Sequence record: MH791398.1
Length of the DNA: 64,000 nucleotides
Strand: one strand, 5' to 3'
The translations under genes and the position numbers were made by a program. The notes under the pieces were generated by a model. That model had not been told where the DNA came from. It made no database searches and worked only from the letters and a program-made list of their open reading frames with translations. Of the stretch, positions 18,679-27,088 are shown in pieces (position 1 is the first letter of the stretch; each line of letters opens with the position of its first letter).

Positions 18679-19632
18679 ATGGCTATCAGTAATTACGAAA
18701 CTGTCATCTCACAGATTGTCGAGATGAAAGAGAACAAGGGTATGGGTTCGCGAGCAATTGCGAAAGAACTTGGTATTTCTAAATCTTCCGTAAACTATTA
18801 TTACGAGCGTTTCATGGAAGAGAACAATATTGTGGACGATATCAAAACCGGTCCCCGTGTTCTAGTTCTGGATATTGAAACCGCTCCGATTATGGCTCAT
18901 GTATGGCGCTTGTTTAAGACCAACGTTGGTCTGAATATGATCGAGTCCGATTGGTATATGCTTAGTTTTGCTGCTAAATGGTTTGACAGTGATGAAATCA
19001 TTTATATGGACCAGCGAAATGCACCAAATATCGAAGATGATTCAGAAATGCTGAAAGTTCTATGGGAGCTTCTTGACGAAGCTGATATCGTTCTTCATCA
19101 GAATGGTCGTCGGTTTGATATTCCAAAAATTCGCAGTCGTATGATCGTTCATGGTATGAAACCGTTCTCTACCGTGAAGCATATTGATACTCTTGAGATC
19201 GCAAAACGCACGTTTGGTTTTACTTCCAACAAGCTGGAATATATGACCGATAAGCTATGCACAGAAACCAAGAAATCTAAACATACTCAATTCCCCGGTT
19301 TTGAATTGTGGAAAGAATGCTTGGCTGGTAATATCGAAGCTTGGAAAGAGATGGAAGAATATAATATTGATGATATCGTATCTCTCCAAGAACTATATGT
19401 TAAATTGGCTCCATGGTCGGATCGTCTTCCGAACTTCTCTCTTTATACAGATTCAGACAAATTCACTTGCGTATGTGGAAATCATGAGTTTGAAGATGCC
19501 GGGTTCGCGTATACCGAAGTTAGTAAGTTCAAACAATATAAATGCACCCACTGTGGTAAACACTGGCGTGGTCGCAAGAACCAAATCACTAAGATTAAGT
19601 CAAAACTTCTGTTGACTAATGCTCGTGAATAA
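18679..19632 (+). CDS. HTH plus RNase H-like (DnaQ/YprB-type) exonuclease with C-terminal Zn ribbon
   Basis: N-terminal HTH MGSRAIAKELGISKSSV; VLDIETAP, HQNGRRFDIP, YNIDDIVSL; CVCG...CTHCG. Confidence 0.8.
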   Translation: MAISNYETVISQIVEMKENKGMGSRAIAKELGISKSSVNYYYERFMEENNIVDDIKTGPRVLVLDIETAPIMAHVWRLFKTNVGLNMIESDWYMLSFAAKWFDSDEIIYMDQRNAPNIEDDSEMLKVLWELLDEADIVLHQNGRRFDIPKIRSRMIVHGMKPFSTVKHIDTLEIAKRTFGFTSNKLEYMTDKLCTETKKSKHTQFPGFELWKECLAGNIEAWKEMEEYNIDDIVSLQELYVKLAPWSDRLPNFSLYTDSDKFTCVCGNHEFEDAGFAYTEVSKFKQYKCTHCGKHWRGRKNQITKIKSKLLLTNARE

Positions 19633-19642
19633 TAGTAAACTA

Positions 19643-19670
19643 TAGGGAATCCTTCGGGGTTCCCTTTTTC
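19643..19670 (+). terminator. cUUCGg terminator
   Basis: AGGGAATC-CTTCGG-GGTTCCCTTTTT. Confidence 0.8.
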
Positions 19671-19686
19671 GTTATGAGGAAATAAA

Positions 19687-19980
19687 ATGGTTGATATGTT
19701 TGGTAATGAGCTTGTGGTCGGTGATTATATCGTCCACGGTATGGACAACGGTTCTACCCTGTTATTGGGTCGTGTGTTCAAGCTAGGTGAGAAGAAATGT
19801 TGGTTCTACTATGTTCATAAGCATGAACAGGGGTACTATGAAATGTGGTTGAACAACCGTCATAACCGAGACTATGACAGAGTTGTTAAGTATACTGGTG
19901 ATATCCATCTGATCAATAAAGGGTTGGGTGGTATTCGTGATGAAAATGGTAAATTGGTTGATCGATTTTTAGAATTTTGA
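19687..19980 (+). CDS. Hypothetical protein (DMFGNELVVGD start)
   Basis: GAGGA SD; start motif common in phage proteins. Confidence 0.6.
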   Translation: MVDMFGNELVVGDYIVHGMDNGSTLLLGRVFKLGEKKCWFYYVHKHEQGYYEMWLNNRHNRDYDRVVKYTGDIHLINKGLGGIRDENGKLVDRFLEF

Positions 19981-19981
19981 G

Positions 19982-20272
19982 GTGTATATGTTTAAATATA
20001 AAGTGTGGTTTGCGTCGGAAGAACAAAAAGCTGAAATGATCAGGTATATAAATGAAGATGAGTTGGGACCTTGTAAAGTAGTTGTACCATATCTTGAAGA
20101 AATTGATGTTGGGGTGAAATATGATTTTGAATCAAATAAAAAACTAGAAACTTATTCTTATTCTGACGGGACGTTAAAAACCGTATTTAATGGGAAATAT
20201 AACGATGGTATAAACCTCTTTATACCGGAAGATATTGACGATGGTCGGGTGTGTTGTGAGGCAATAGAATGA
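19982..20272 (+). CDS. Hypothetical protein
   Basis: GAGGTG SD; FASEEQKAEM resembles the YKFKS family start. Confidence 0.6.
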   Translation: MYMFKYKVWFASEEQKAEMIRYINEDELGPCKVVVPYLEEIDVGVKYDFESNKKLETYSYSDGTLKTVFNGKYNDGINLFIPEDIDDGRVCCEAIE

Positions 20273-20565
20273 AAATTTTTCAAGAATACAAAAACGGCAA
20301 GCTAATTGAAACCAAAGGCCCATTTTCTGTAATCCGGTGTAGTCGTTATTATCTGGTGGCGGTTATTAACGGGGAGAAGATAGAACTAGGTCAGTGCAAT
20401 GATTATGAAAAAACTTATAAAAAAGGTATTGACCAATGGATCTCTAAGGTGTACTCTAGGTGTATTGATACAGAAGAGAGTTACCGTTGGCAGGCTGAGA
20501 ACCTTATCAAGCAAGCTGACGGAGAACGAGAGATTATTGAATTAATCAAATCACTGAGGGAATAA
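20269..20565 (+). CDS. Hypothetical protein
   Basis: ATGA overlap with the upstream ORF. Confidence 0.6.
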   Translation: MKIFQEYKNGKLIETKGPFSVIRCSRYYLVAVINGEKIELGQCNDYEKTYKKGIDQWISKVYSRCIDTEESYRWQAENLIKQADGEREIIELIKSLRE

Positions 20566-20567
20566 TT

Positions 20568-20681
20568 ATGGAAATCATCGATATCATTTATCAACCAGTA
20601 TGTTTTTGCCCTGAATGTGGCGGTGCCCTTGATGGTGGTATCGACGATGTGTGCGAATACTGCACAACAGAAGAGGAATAA
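20568..20681 (+). CDS. 37-aa Zn-ribbon peptide (not in the ORF track)
   Basis: MEIIDIIYQPVCFCPECGGALDGGIDDVCEYCTTEEE; GAGGGA SD. Confidence 0.55.
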   Translation: MEIIDIIYQPVCFCPECGGALDGGIDDVCEYCTTEEE

Positions 20682-20686
20682 CAATT

Positions 20687-20944
20687 ATGGATATGATCGA
20701 ATACTACGACTCTTTGGGTTGGAAACCTTTTCGTGAGTATATGTGTGATGTCATCTATATGGAATATGATGCACAACTGGTGATTCGCACAAAAGATCTT
20801 GGAGAACCACCACATTATAAAGATGTCTTCCTTGTTACCTTAAACTGGGAACAGGGACACGGCAACAACTGGTATTTTGAAACAGAAGATGGTTTGATTT
20901 TCAAGCCAGACGAAGTAAAAGAATTTTTGTTCGATTATAGTTGA
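20687..20944 (+). CDS. Hypothetical protein
   Basis: GAGGA SD; ATG at 20687. Confidence 0.6.
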   Translation: MDMIEYYDSLGWKPFREYMCDVIYMEYDAQLVIRTKDLGEPPHYKDVFLVTLNWEQGHGNNWYFETEDGLIFKPDEVKEFLFDYS

Positions 20945-20968
20945 CTCCCATAGCCGTTAGATTATAAT
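20941..20968 (+). promoter_or_regulatory. sigma70-like early promoter
   Basis: TTGACT-N16-TATAAT. Confidence 0.6.
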
Positions 20969-20998
20969 CATGGTTATCAACTGTTCTGAGGTAGTACA

Positions 20999-21565
20999 AT
21001 GAAAGTTTCATATGAATGCGATTACACCAGCTTTGAACATTGCAAAGGCGTTGACATTGTTGTTAAACATTTCACAAAATTTGCGGTTGTTGCATCTAAA
21101 ATAATCGACGATTCAAATATGGAACTTCTTGTTACTCAATATGAAGGGAACCAATACGAATTCTCTTTGTCCTGTGGAAAGAAACTCAGTATGATCCGAG
21201 TTGTTAACCTACGTACTGGTCATTATGAGCACGACACATTTTCCCTTGGGGAAGAATTCCAAGGGAGAGGACTTGTTAAACATATGTTCCGTTGTACTAT
21301 TGACATATGCGAGGCACTTGGTATAACAAAAGTTGTTACGTCCGCGATTCTCGATGGTCGGATCGTATGGTTGAAACGTGGATTTGTTCCGTTCTGCTGC
21401 GAAACCTACTTCAAACGACTTGAAAATCTGGGTGTTCGTGTTCCTGTTTGTGAACGTAACGAATATTGGTTCAATCAAGAAAACCTGAAAAAATACGAAA
21501 GAGAGGTGGCAGAAATCTCTTGGCACGGTTATGCTATGGTTGAGACTCTAAAACAATATGCATGA
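20999..21565 (+). CDS. Putative GNAT-fold acetyltransferase
   Basis: Motif A-like FSLGEEFQGRGLVKHMF and late motif GRIVWLKRGF. Confidence 0.55.
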   Translation: MKVSYECDYTSFEHCKGVDIVVKHFTKFAVVASKIIDDSNMELLVTQYEGNQYEFSLSCGKKLSMIRVVNLRTGHYEHDTFSLGEEFQGRGLVKHMFRCTIDICEALGITKVVTSAILDGRIVWLKRGFVPFCCETYFKRLENLGVRVPVCERNEYWFNQENLKKYEREVAEISWHGYAMVETLKQYA

Positions 21566-21576
21566 AGGAAAATATA

Positions 21577-21747
21577 ATGAAAGTAACTGAAATTGGTGTT
21601 AAGTTGTGTGGTGTTTATGTGGTTTGTCCACATTGCAATAAGGAACTGGATGGTTGGTGTGTAGACCCACGAGGGCAAACTACAACTTGCGACTTCTGTG
21701 ATAAAGAGTTTGAAATCCACTCTGATGCAGATCTGGAATTACTATGA
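21577..21747 (+). CDS. Small Zn-ribbon protein
   Basis: CPHC...CDFC. Confidence 0.6.
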   Translation: MKVTEIGVKLCGVYVVCPHCNKELDGWCVDPRGQTTTCDFCDKEFEIHSDADLELL

Positions 21748-21998
21748 GTCGAGTAAAAATTATCGCAAAATTGAAGAAGATTGAAGAACTTCGTAGTCAA
21801 ATAGAAGAACTTCGGTCTAAATGTCCACATAATGCGGTTATCCTGAAACTAGGTTCCAATACCGGAAACTGGGATGGATTTGATTTATATTGGTACGATA
21901 TCGAGTGTGAAGATTGCTTGAAGACTTGGAGAGAAGACCAAGAAGGTAGTAATTACAGTATTTACAATGACCCTCGTGTTGTTAAGGTGATCCGATGA
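21744..21998 (+). CDS. Hypothetical Zn-binding protein
   Basis: Coiled coil followed by CPH...CEDC; ATGA overlap. Confidence 0.6.
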   Translation: MSRVKIIAKLKKIEELRSQIEELRSKCPHNAVILKLGSNTGNWDGFDLYWYDIECEDCLKTWREDQEGSNYSIYNDPRVVKVIR

Positions 21999-22288
21999 AC
22001 CACCGTCTATCCAAATCTCAAAATAGAAATGTGGTTAGTGCTTTCGTCATGAGTGGTTGTGCGAACAAACAAACTCTTGCTGATTTCATCATATCTCTTG
22101 CTAGATCACAAATGTACATGGATTTCACCCATTACAAATATTTTATTGATGATTCTATCATCTTTGCAACCGATTCCATGAGCCAATTGGTTACCGGGGT
22201 TGGGTACGAAGAGTTGAAAGAAGAGGTCGACAAAAAGATTTTTGACCCTTCTGGCGTTTTTGGAAATAAAACTGTTGACCCGATATAA
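21995..22288 (+). CDS. Hypothetical protein
   Basis: ATGA overlap. Confidence 0.55.
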   Translation: MNHRLSKSQNRNVVSAFVMSGCANKQTLADFIISLARSQMYMDFTHYKYFIDDSIIFATDSMSQLVTGVGYEELKEEVDKKIFDPSGVFGNKTVDPI

Positions 22289-22333
22289 ATTTTGATGTAG
22301 TATACTCATATCAACTGATGAGAGGAAATATAG

Positions 22334-23110
22334 ATGTCTTTGATTAAGAGCCAAGCCCGAGTGATTGTTGAGAAACGGATTGCAGAAGTCGTGGAAATTG
22401 CAAAGACACTCTACCCCGAAATGGCTGGTTTTAAGTATACGTTTAAAGAATGTACAGGTCGCTGTGCAGGTATCGCCAGTTACACCAATAAAGGATGGAG
22501 CGATACAGAGTACACTATCAAGATTAACATCAATTTGATGGTGCAAGGGATGAAGGAATGGAATCATATTTTCCACAACACGATCCCTCACGAAATTGCA
22601 CACCTTGTTGATTATGTTATTCGTGGTAAAAGTAACCATGATCGTGTGTGGGAACGGATTGCAAAATCTCTTGGTTGTGATGGTGTATCCCGTCATAGTC
22701 TCCCGGTTGCTGGTCGTGGACGTGTGGTTTACATGGTTCCGGGGTATGGTAAAGTAACTGTTACAAATAGCACCCATATGGTCATTCAAGGTAAAAATTA
22801 CGACAAGCCGTTTACTTGTGGTGGTGGGGCCTTTGAGATTAAGAAGGAACATCTTCTTTCTGGAACTGTAATGGACTCAATCCCTGACGGATACGGCCAT
22901 TATCTGGAAGGTGAGACAATCATCGCGAAAAAAGAATCAAAGGTAATGGCTCCATCTGGAATTATGATGCGAGCACCTACAAAGAAGGCCATCAAAATCT
23001 GGGAAAGTGGTTCTAATCGTTGGGGATCTTTCAATCGTGATTATGGTAAAGGTCGTCTTGAAACAGTTGAAAATCAGTATAAACTGTGTAAAATGTGGTT
23101 TGGAAAATAA
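22334..23110 (+). CDS. SprT-like zinc metalloprotease-domain protein
   Basis: GRCAG...TIPHEIAHL...NHDRVWERIAKSLGC. Has its own promoter (TTGACC at 22275, then N17-TAGTAT). Confidence 0.8.
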   Translation: MSLIKSQARVIVEKRIAEVVEIAKTLYPEMAGFKYTFKECTGRCAGIASYTNKGWSDTEYTIKININLMVQGMKEWNHIFHNTIPHEIAHLVDYVIRGKSNHDRVWERIAKSLGCDGVSRHSLPVAGRGRVVYMVPGYGKVTVTNSTHMVIQGKNYDKPFTCGGGAFEIKKEHLLSGTVMDSIPDGYGHYLEGETIIAKKESKVMAPSGIMMRAPTKKAIKIWESGSNRWGSFNRDYGKGRLETVENQYKLCKMWFGK

Positions 23111-23122
23111 GAGGAAATCCTG

Positions 23123-23386
23123 ATGAAAAATGTAAGTTGGAACGAAGCAGGGCGTTGTGCGGATCGGTTGATGTTGGCATGTAAACCTCATCTCCAAGGA
23201 AAAATTATTTCTCCGTTGAAAGATATCTACGGAAACAACCTTCCGGGGCTATTGAAAGATGTGGTTTACTACAGTTCAGTTTATGGGACACCAGTGTGTT
23301 GTGCTATGGATTACGTTGTTGTAATCGACGCATGTAAAATCCTTGATGAGAAAGGTTTTTTGGAATTGGAGGTTGGAAATGTATGA
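23123..23386 (+). CDS. Hypothetical protein
   Basis: GAGGA SD. Confidence 0.55.
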   Translation: MKNVSWNEAGRCADRLMLACKPHLQGKIISPLKDIYGNNLPGLLKDVVYYSSVYGTPVCCAMDYVVVIDACKILDEKGFLELEVGNV

Positions 23387-23714
23387 CGCAAAAGATTTAC
23401 TGACAGAAATTACCATTCGGAACAAGCATAGTACAGATGAGATTGTTGAGGAAATACTGAATGCTGTAATTCGGGATATGCTCAATCGTCGTTCTCTGAT
23501 TGGAACCATTAAATATTCGGTGGTGTGTGATTTTATTTCTGCCAGAATTCCAAAAACAGTTGAATTTGATAAAAACCTTGTATTGGTTGAAATTATCAAT
23601 CAAGCGAACCTTCGTGGTTTTGATTGTGAATTTGATAACCACAAGGAGTTGTTTAATTTTGGTGTGAGTGTCGAATCCATCAAAGAATTCACAAAAAACC
23701 AAAAGAACAATTGA
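23379..23714 (+). CDS. Hypothetical protein
   Basis: GGAGG SD; ATG at 23379. Confidence 0.55.
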   Translation: MYDAKDLLTEITIRNKHSTDEIVEEILNAVIRDMLNRRSLIGTIKYSVVCDFISARIPKTVEFDKNLVLVEIINQANLRGFDCEFDNHKELFNFGVSVESIKEFTKNQKNN

Positions 23715-23769
23715 CTTCAATTTCGGGGTATGAGATTATACCCCTATCAAAACAAAAGAGAGAAATAAT

Positions 23770-24285
23770 ATGAGCTTTACCACTTCTGATTTTTGCAAAG
23801 CCTACGGTTGGAACGAACAAGAAGTTACCATGAAACTCTCTGGTGATTTTCTTCACAAACCTACAGGTACGATCCTTGGTAATTTGTTTGATCTCAAAAT
23901 CGACGTAGAAAACCGACTGAAAAAATTCGAACGTCAGGCCAAAAAAGCACAGCGAGAAGCAGAACTAAACGACCTTGTTCCTGCGGCCATCGACATTCTT
24001 CAAAACTCTCTCCCGGAGGCGAAGGTATGGAAAAACAAAACCATGCCGAACGTCATCCTCAACGAAATCCATTTCTATATTGTCCTTGGTAAGAGTCTGG
24101 ATTCTGACGTTATCGTTCGCTTCCATCACCCAGACATGACAGGTGAACAGGTAGCACGTTACACCGGAATGAAGGTCAAATATGAAACAGGCCGTGAGAA
24201 TAACTGCATCATCTCAGGGTTGAACATTGAGAAGGCTGCAAGTGTAATTGAAAAGGTTGCTATGATGACAGGTGACGCAGAATGA
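23770..24285 (+). CDS. Hypothetical early protein
   Basis: Preceded by a TTGACT promoter-like element at about 23711. Confidence 0.65.
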   Translation: MSFTTSDFCKAYGWNEQEVTMKLSGDFLHKPTGTILGNLFDLKIDVENRLKKFERQAKKAQREAELNDLVPAAIDILQNSLPEAKVWKNKTMPNVILNEIHFYIVLGKSLDSDVIVRFHHPDMTGEQVARYTGMKVKYETGRENNCIISGLNIEKAASVIEKVAMMTGDAE

Positions 24286-24517
24286 CCAAAACTAAAAATT
24301 TCTCATTACACGGTGACCCTTGCAAATTTTATGTGTATAGTTACAAACTACGTTCTTACACAAAATGGATTATTGGTCAATCAAATCTATACAATTTTAT
24401 TACAAATAAGAATAAAAATAGTGAGTTTGATAAAGAATGTGAAAAGATGTTCGAACGTAGTGAGACGGCGTAGCCGCCTGTTCGCTTCGCTCACTCTTTC
24501 TAATTATAGATCTTCTA

Positions 24518-24525
24518 TATAAATA
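24518..24525 (+). promoter_or_regulatory. T4-type late promoter TATAAATA
   Basis: Exact consensus in an intergenic gap upstream of the transglycosylase gene. Confidence 0.6.
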
Positions 24526-24677
24526 CTTATAGAGATTTTATACTTTGATTGCACTTGAAACTAAAAAGATTTGACTTCTAAATTCATGTGTGGCTAAATA
24601 ATATTTTGGGCTTTGCTTGTTTTTAGATGAGTGTTAGAAAGTCCACAATTCACCCCTTCCACTAAAAAGGATCGAAG

Positions 24678-25205
24678 ATGAAAAGTGGTAGTATATTAGT
24701 AGGGCTCATCCTACTTCTAACGTCGATATCGGCAAATGCTGTTATGTATGAAAACCGTGAATTAACGGATAATCAGATTTATACAATTCAGCGAGCTTAT
24801 GAGCTGGGAGAGTCTTCCGGTTATGGGCTTACACTGGCTGCAATCGCTCTTACCGAGAGTCGTGCAGGTAAATTTTTAATCAACAATCGTACCGGTGATT
24901 ATGGTGTGTTCCAGAACAACCTGAAATATACGGTTAAACGAGTTGAACAGCTAACTGGCGCTAAGATGGGTTGGAGACAACAGCGAAAGCTAAGGTCTGA
25001 ACTCATTAACAGTATGGAGAGTTCCGCAAACTATGCACTTATGGAGCTTGAGTACTGGAAGAAAATCCGAAATGGCGACTGGAAAATGGTTGTTAAAAGC
25101 TATAACGCTGGATACAACCCAAACAGTGCTGATGGGATTGAGTATTACGAACGGATCGCAAAAAATATCAAGTTTTTACGATCTTGTGGTTGCTATCGTC
25201 AGTGA
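24678..25205 (+). CDS. Lytic transglycosylase (SLT family) with signal peptide
   Basis: AIALTES (catalytic Glu), GVFQNN and SYNAG; hydrophobic N-terminus ending in ANA. Confidence 0.85.
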   Translation: MKSGSILVGLILLLTSISANAVMYENRELTDNQIYTIQRAYELGESSGYGLTLAAIALTESRAGKFLINNRTGDYGVFQNNLKYTVKRVEQLTGAKMGWRQQRKLRSELINSMESSANYALMELEYWKKIRNGDWKMVVKSYNAGYNPNSADGIEYYERIAKNIKFLRSCGCYRQ

Positions 25206-25219
25206 TATGAGTATAATAG

Positions 25220-25253
25220 GTCTTGTCCTTCGGGATGAGACCTTTTTCTTTTT
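25220..25253 (+). terminator. cUUCGg terminator
   Basis: GGTCTTGTC-CTTCGG-GATGAGACCTTTTT. Confidence 0.75.
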
Positions 25254-25267
25254 GGAGACTAGAAAAC

Positions 25268-25375
25268 ATGAGCGAACTAATTACTATATCAGTACTTACT
25301 ATTGGTGGTCTTGTGTGGTATGGTTCCTGTGTTCTGGCTGCAAAAGTTCTGTCTGGTGATTTTGATAAGGAATAA
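25268..25375 (+). CDS. 35-aa single-TM peptide (not in the ORF track)
   Basis: MSELITISVLTIGGLVWYGSCVLAAKVLSGDFDKE; GGAG SD. Confidence 0.45.
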   Translation: MSELITISVLTIGGLVWYGSCVLAAKVLSGDFDKE

Positions 25376-25379
25376 TGAT

Positions 25380-25718
25380 ATGGTTCGTCGTGAAATGAAA
25401 ATTCAGAATGTATATGTATGCCGTTTGATTCGTTCTATTCAGATGGGTATCGCCGTTAGTGGGTCTTCATATATCGACAAATTCCTTTATGAGTTATACG
25501 GCCATAAGGACTGGGATGGATTGGATGTATCATGGACTCAATACTTTGTATCCAAGATGGACGAAGTGGTTAGTGAACTTCAGCGTGGTACTAAGGTATG
25601 TTGGGAAGATTCAGATCTGTTCGCCTTAATCGCTAAGAAAGATCCTATGTTTTGGGATTCTATTGGTGTCCCGATGAAAACATGTGAAGATATTCGTTAT
25701 CAGACTATAGGAGAGTAA
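25380..25718 (+). CDS. Hypothetical protein
   Basis: AAGGA SD; ATG at 25380. Confidence 0.55.
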   Translation: MVRREMKIQNVYVCRLIRSIQMGIAVSGSSYIDKFLYELYGHKDWDGLDVSWTQYFVSKMDEVVSELQRGTKVCWEDSDLFALIAKKDPMFWDSIGVPMKTCEDIRYQTIGE

Positions 25719-25721
25719 ATC

Positions 25722-25982
25722 ATGGCTAAGTGGTATGATGATAGTGGGATCCGTAAAGTTCGCTATGTAGTTGTTAACGAGTATGCCATTGGGTACATCT
25801 ACGAAGAAGATCAGAATACAGTAGGTATTCTCCGAGGATCTCTTCTCCGAGGTTATCCTTCTCTGTCCGAAGAACCAATCTCTACTTTCGGAAAAGAAAT
25901 CCGGGATGCTACCCTTGAAGATTTTGAAATCTATCGTGTGATGGTGCCAAAATTTGTTGTTGACCAAATTAATGTAATGTGA
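25722..25982 (+). CDS. Hypothetical protein
   Basis: GGAGAG SD. Confidence 0.6.
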   Translation: MAKWYDDSGIRKVRYVVVNEYAIGYIYEEDQNTVGILRGSLLRGYPSLSEEPISTFGKEIRDATLEDFEIYRVMVPKFVVDQINVM

Positions 25983-26014
25983 TTTAATAAATTTAAATCA
26001 AAAAGGAGATAATT

Positions 26015-26272
26015 ATGATATTTAAAATTGGTCAGTCTTATAAAATCGTTTCTATGTTTGGTGTTGCTGTTGAGCACATGGATTGTCTTAACGACGTCAT
26101 TGTCTGTACAGACTTCGACGAAGACTCTGGAGTTGCTTGGTTCGATGGACTGATGTGGACAAACTTCGGGGACCGTGGGAATTATATTCTTGCGATGAGT
26201 GATGAGGGTATCGAAAACTTCGGAACTGATTATGGAAGTTTCCTCTCCAACGTTCTGGAAGAGGTGAAGTAA
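26015..26272 (+). CDS. Small acidic protein (KIGQSYKI...LEEVK type)
   Basis: AGGAG SD; resembles 47892 and 53366. Confidence 0.6.
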   Translation: MIFKIGQSYKIVSMFGVAVEHMDCLNDVIVCTDFDEDSGVAWFDGLMWTNFGDRGNYILAMSDEGIENFGTDYGSFLSNVLEEVK

Positions 26273-26529
26273 TGGCTGTTGGGTTTGGTGGTTGCGATAA
26301 CCATTTGGAAACTATTGAATCCACAATCAACAATGGAATTGACTTTGCTCGTTCTCAATTTCACAAAGGGATGTCGTCCGAATTTTGTGAAGAATGTGGA
26401 GATAGGATCCCGGAAGGGAGAAGGAAAATAATGGTTGTTCATTTTTGTGTTAAATGTCAAAGTGACCTAGACAAAAAGATGAAACCATTATATAATCGTC
26501 GTGGAAGTAAAGATTCTCAACTTAGATAG
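26272..26529 (+). CDS. DksA/TraR-family C4 zinc-finger protein, YbiI-like
   Basis: CEECGDRIPEGRR...CVKCQ. The C-terminal YNRRGSKDSQLR matches the E. coli YbiI tail as I recall it. Confidence 0.9.
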   Translation: MAVGFGGCDNHLETIESTINNGIDFARSQFHKGMSSEFCEECGDRIPEGRRKIMVVHFCVKCQSDLDKKMKPLYNRRGSKDSQLR

Positions 26530-26539
26530 GAGAAACGAT

Positions 26540-26842
26540 ATGTTTTACGCACTTCGTAAGAAAGGGACTAAAGGAATTTTCGTTGGTATCCATACCGTAG
26601 GTTCACAGGGTGATTTTCAAAATGGTGTTCAAGCATGTTTCTCTCTGGAGTGTTACATACCGTTTATTACAAACCGTGTAGGGTATCTGGAACGTGTTCT
26701 TTCTGGTGAACATGATGTACCTTGGTACAACTCAGAACCACAAAATCCAGAACTTGAAGAATACTATAAAACAGGTAAAGGGTATGAAGCCCTTCAAGAG
26801 TACGAAATTGTTGAACTTGGTGTAATTGATGAAATTTGTTGA
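26540..26842 (+). CDS. Hypothetical protein; paralog of 61576
   Basis: MFYALRKKGTKGIFVG...EYEIVEL. Confidence 0.6.
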   Translation: MFYALRKKGTKGIFVGIHTVGSQGDFQNGVQACFSLECYIPFITNRVGYLERVLSGEHDVPWYNSEPQNPELEEYYKTGKGYEALQEYEIVELGVIDEIC

Positions 26843-26894
26843 TCTCGTTTTGCCTTTGTGAGATAATGTTTTTGTTGAAACAAAGGGGGATTTC

Positions 26895-27080
26895 ATGAAA
26901 CCTTTCAAAAACCAAGAGACCGAAAACTTCTGTCAGAAAGTTGCAGAAGTGTATCAATCTGATACAATCGAAGCTAATATTATGTTTGAGAATTACATTT
27001 CTGAACATGGTAAAAATATGATGCGATGGGAAATGATCGCCATGAAAGATCGTATCAATTTCATCATTAAACACTATTAA
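26895..27080 (+). CDS. Hypothetical protein
   Basis: 61-aa ORF after a promoter-like TTGATC...GATAAT element. Confidence 0.5.
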   Translation: MKPFKNQETENFCQKVAEVYQSDTIEANIMFENYISEHGKNMMRWEMIAMKDRINFIIKHY

Positions 27081-27088
27081 GGAAAAAT

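Noticed and set aside
24282-24473. 63-aa ORF as a real gene
   Set aside because: Weak SD, AT-rich and low in complexity, and it runs into the odd intergenic patch. Possibly a remnant, so not listed as a CDS.
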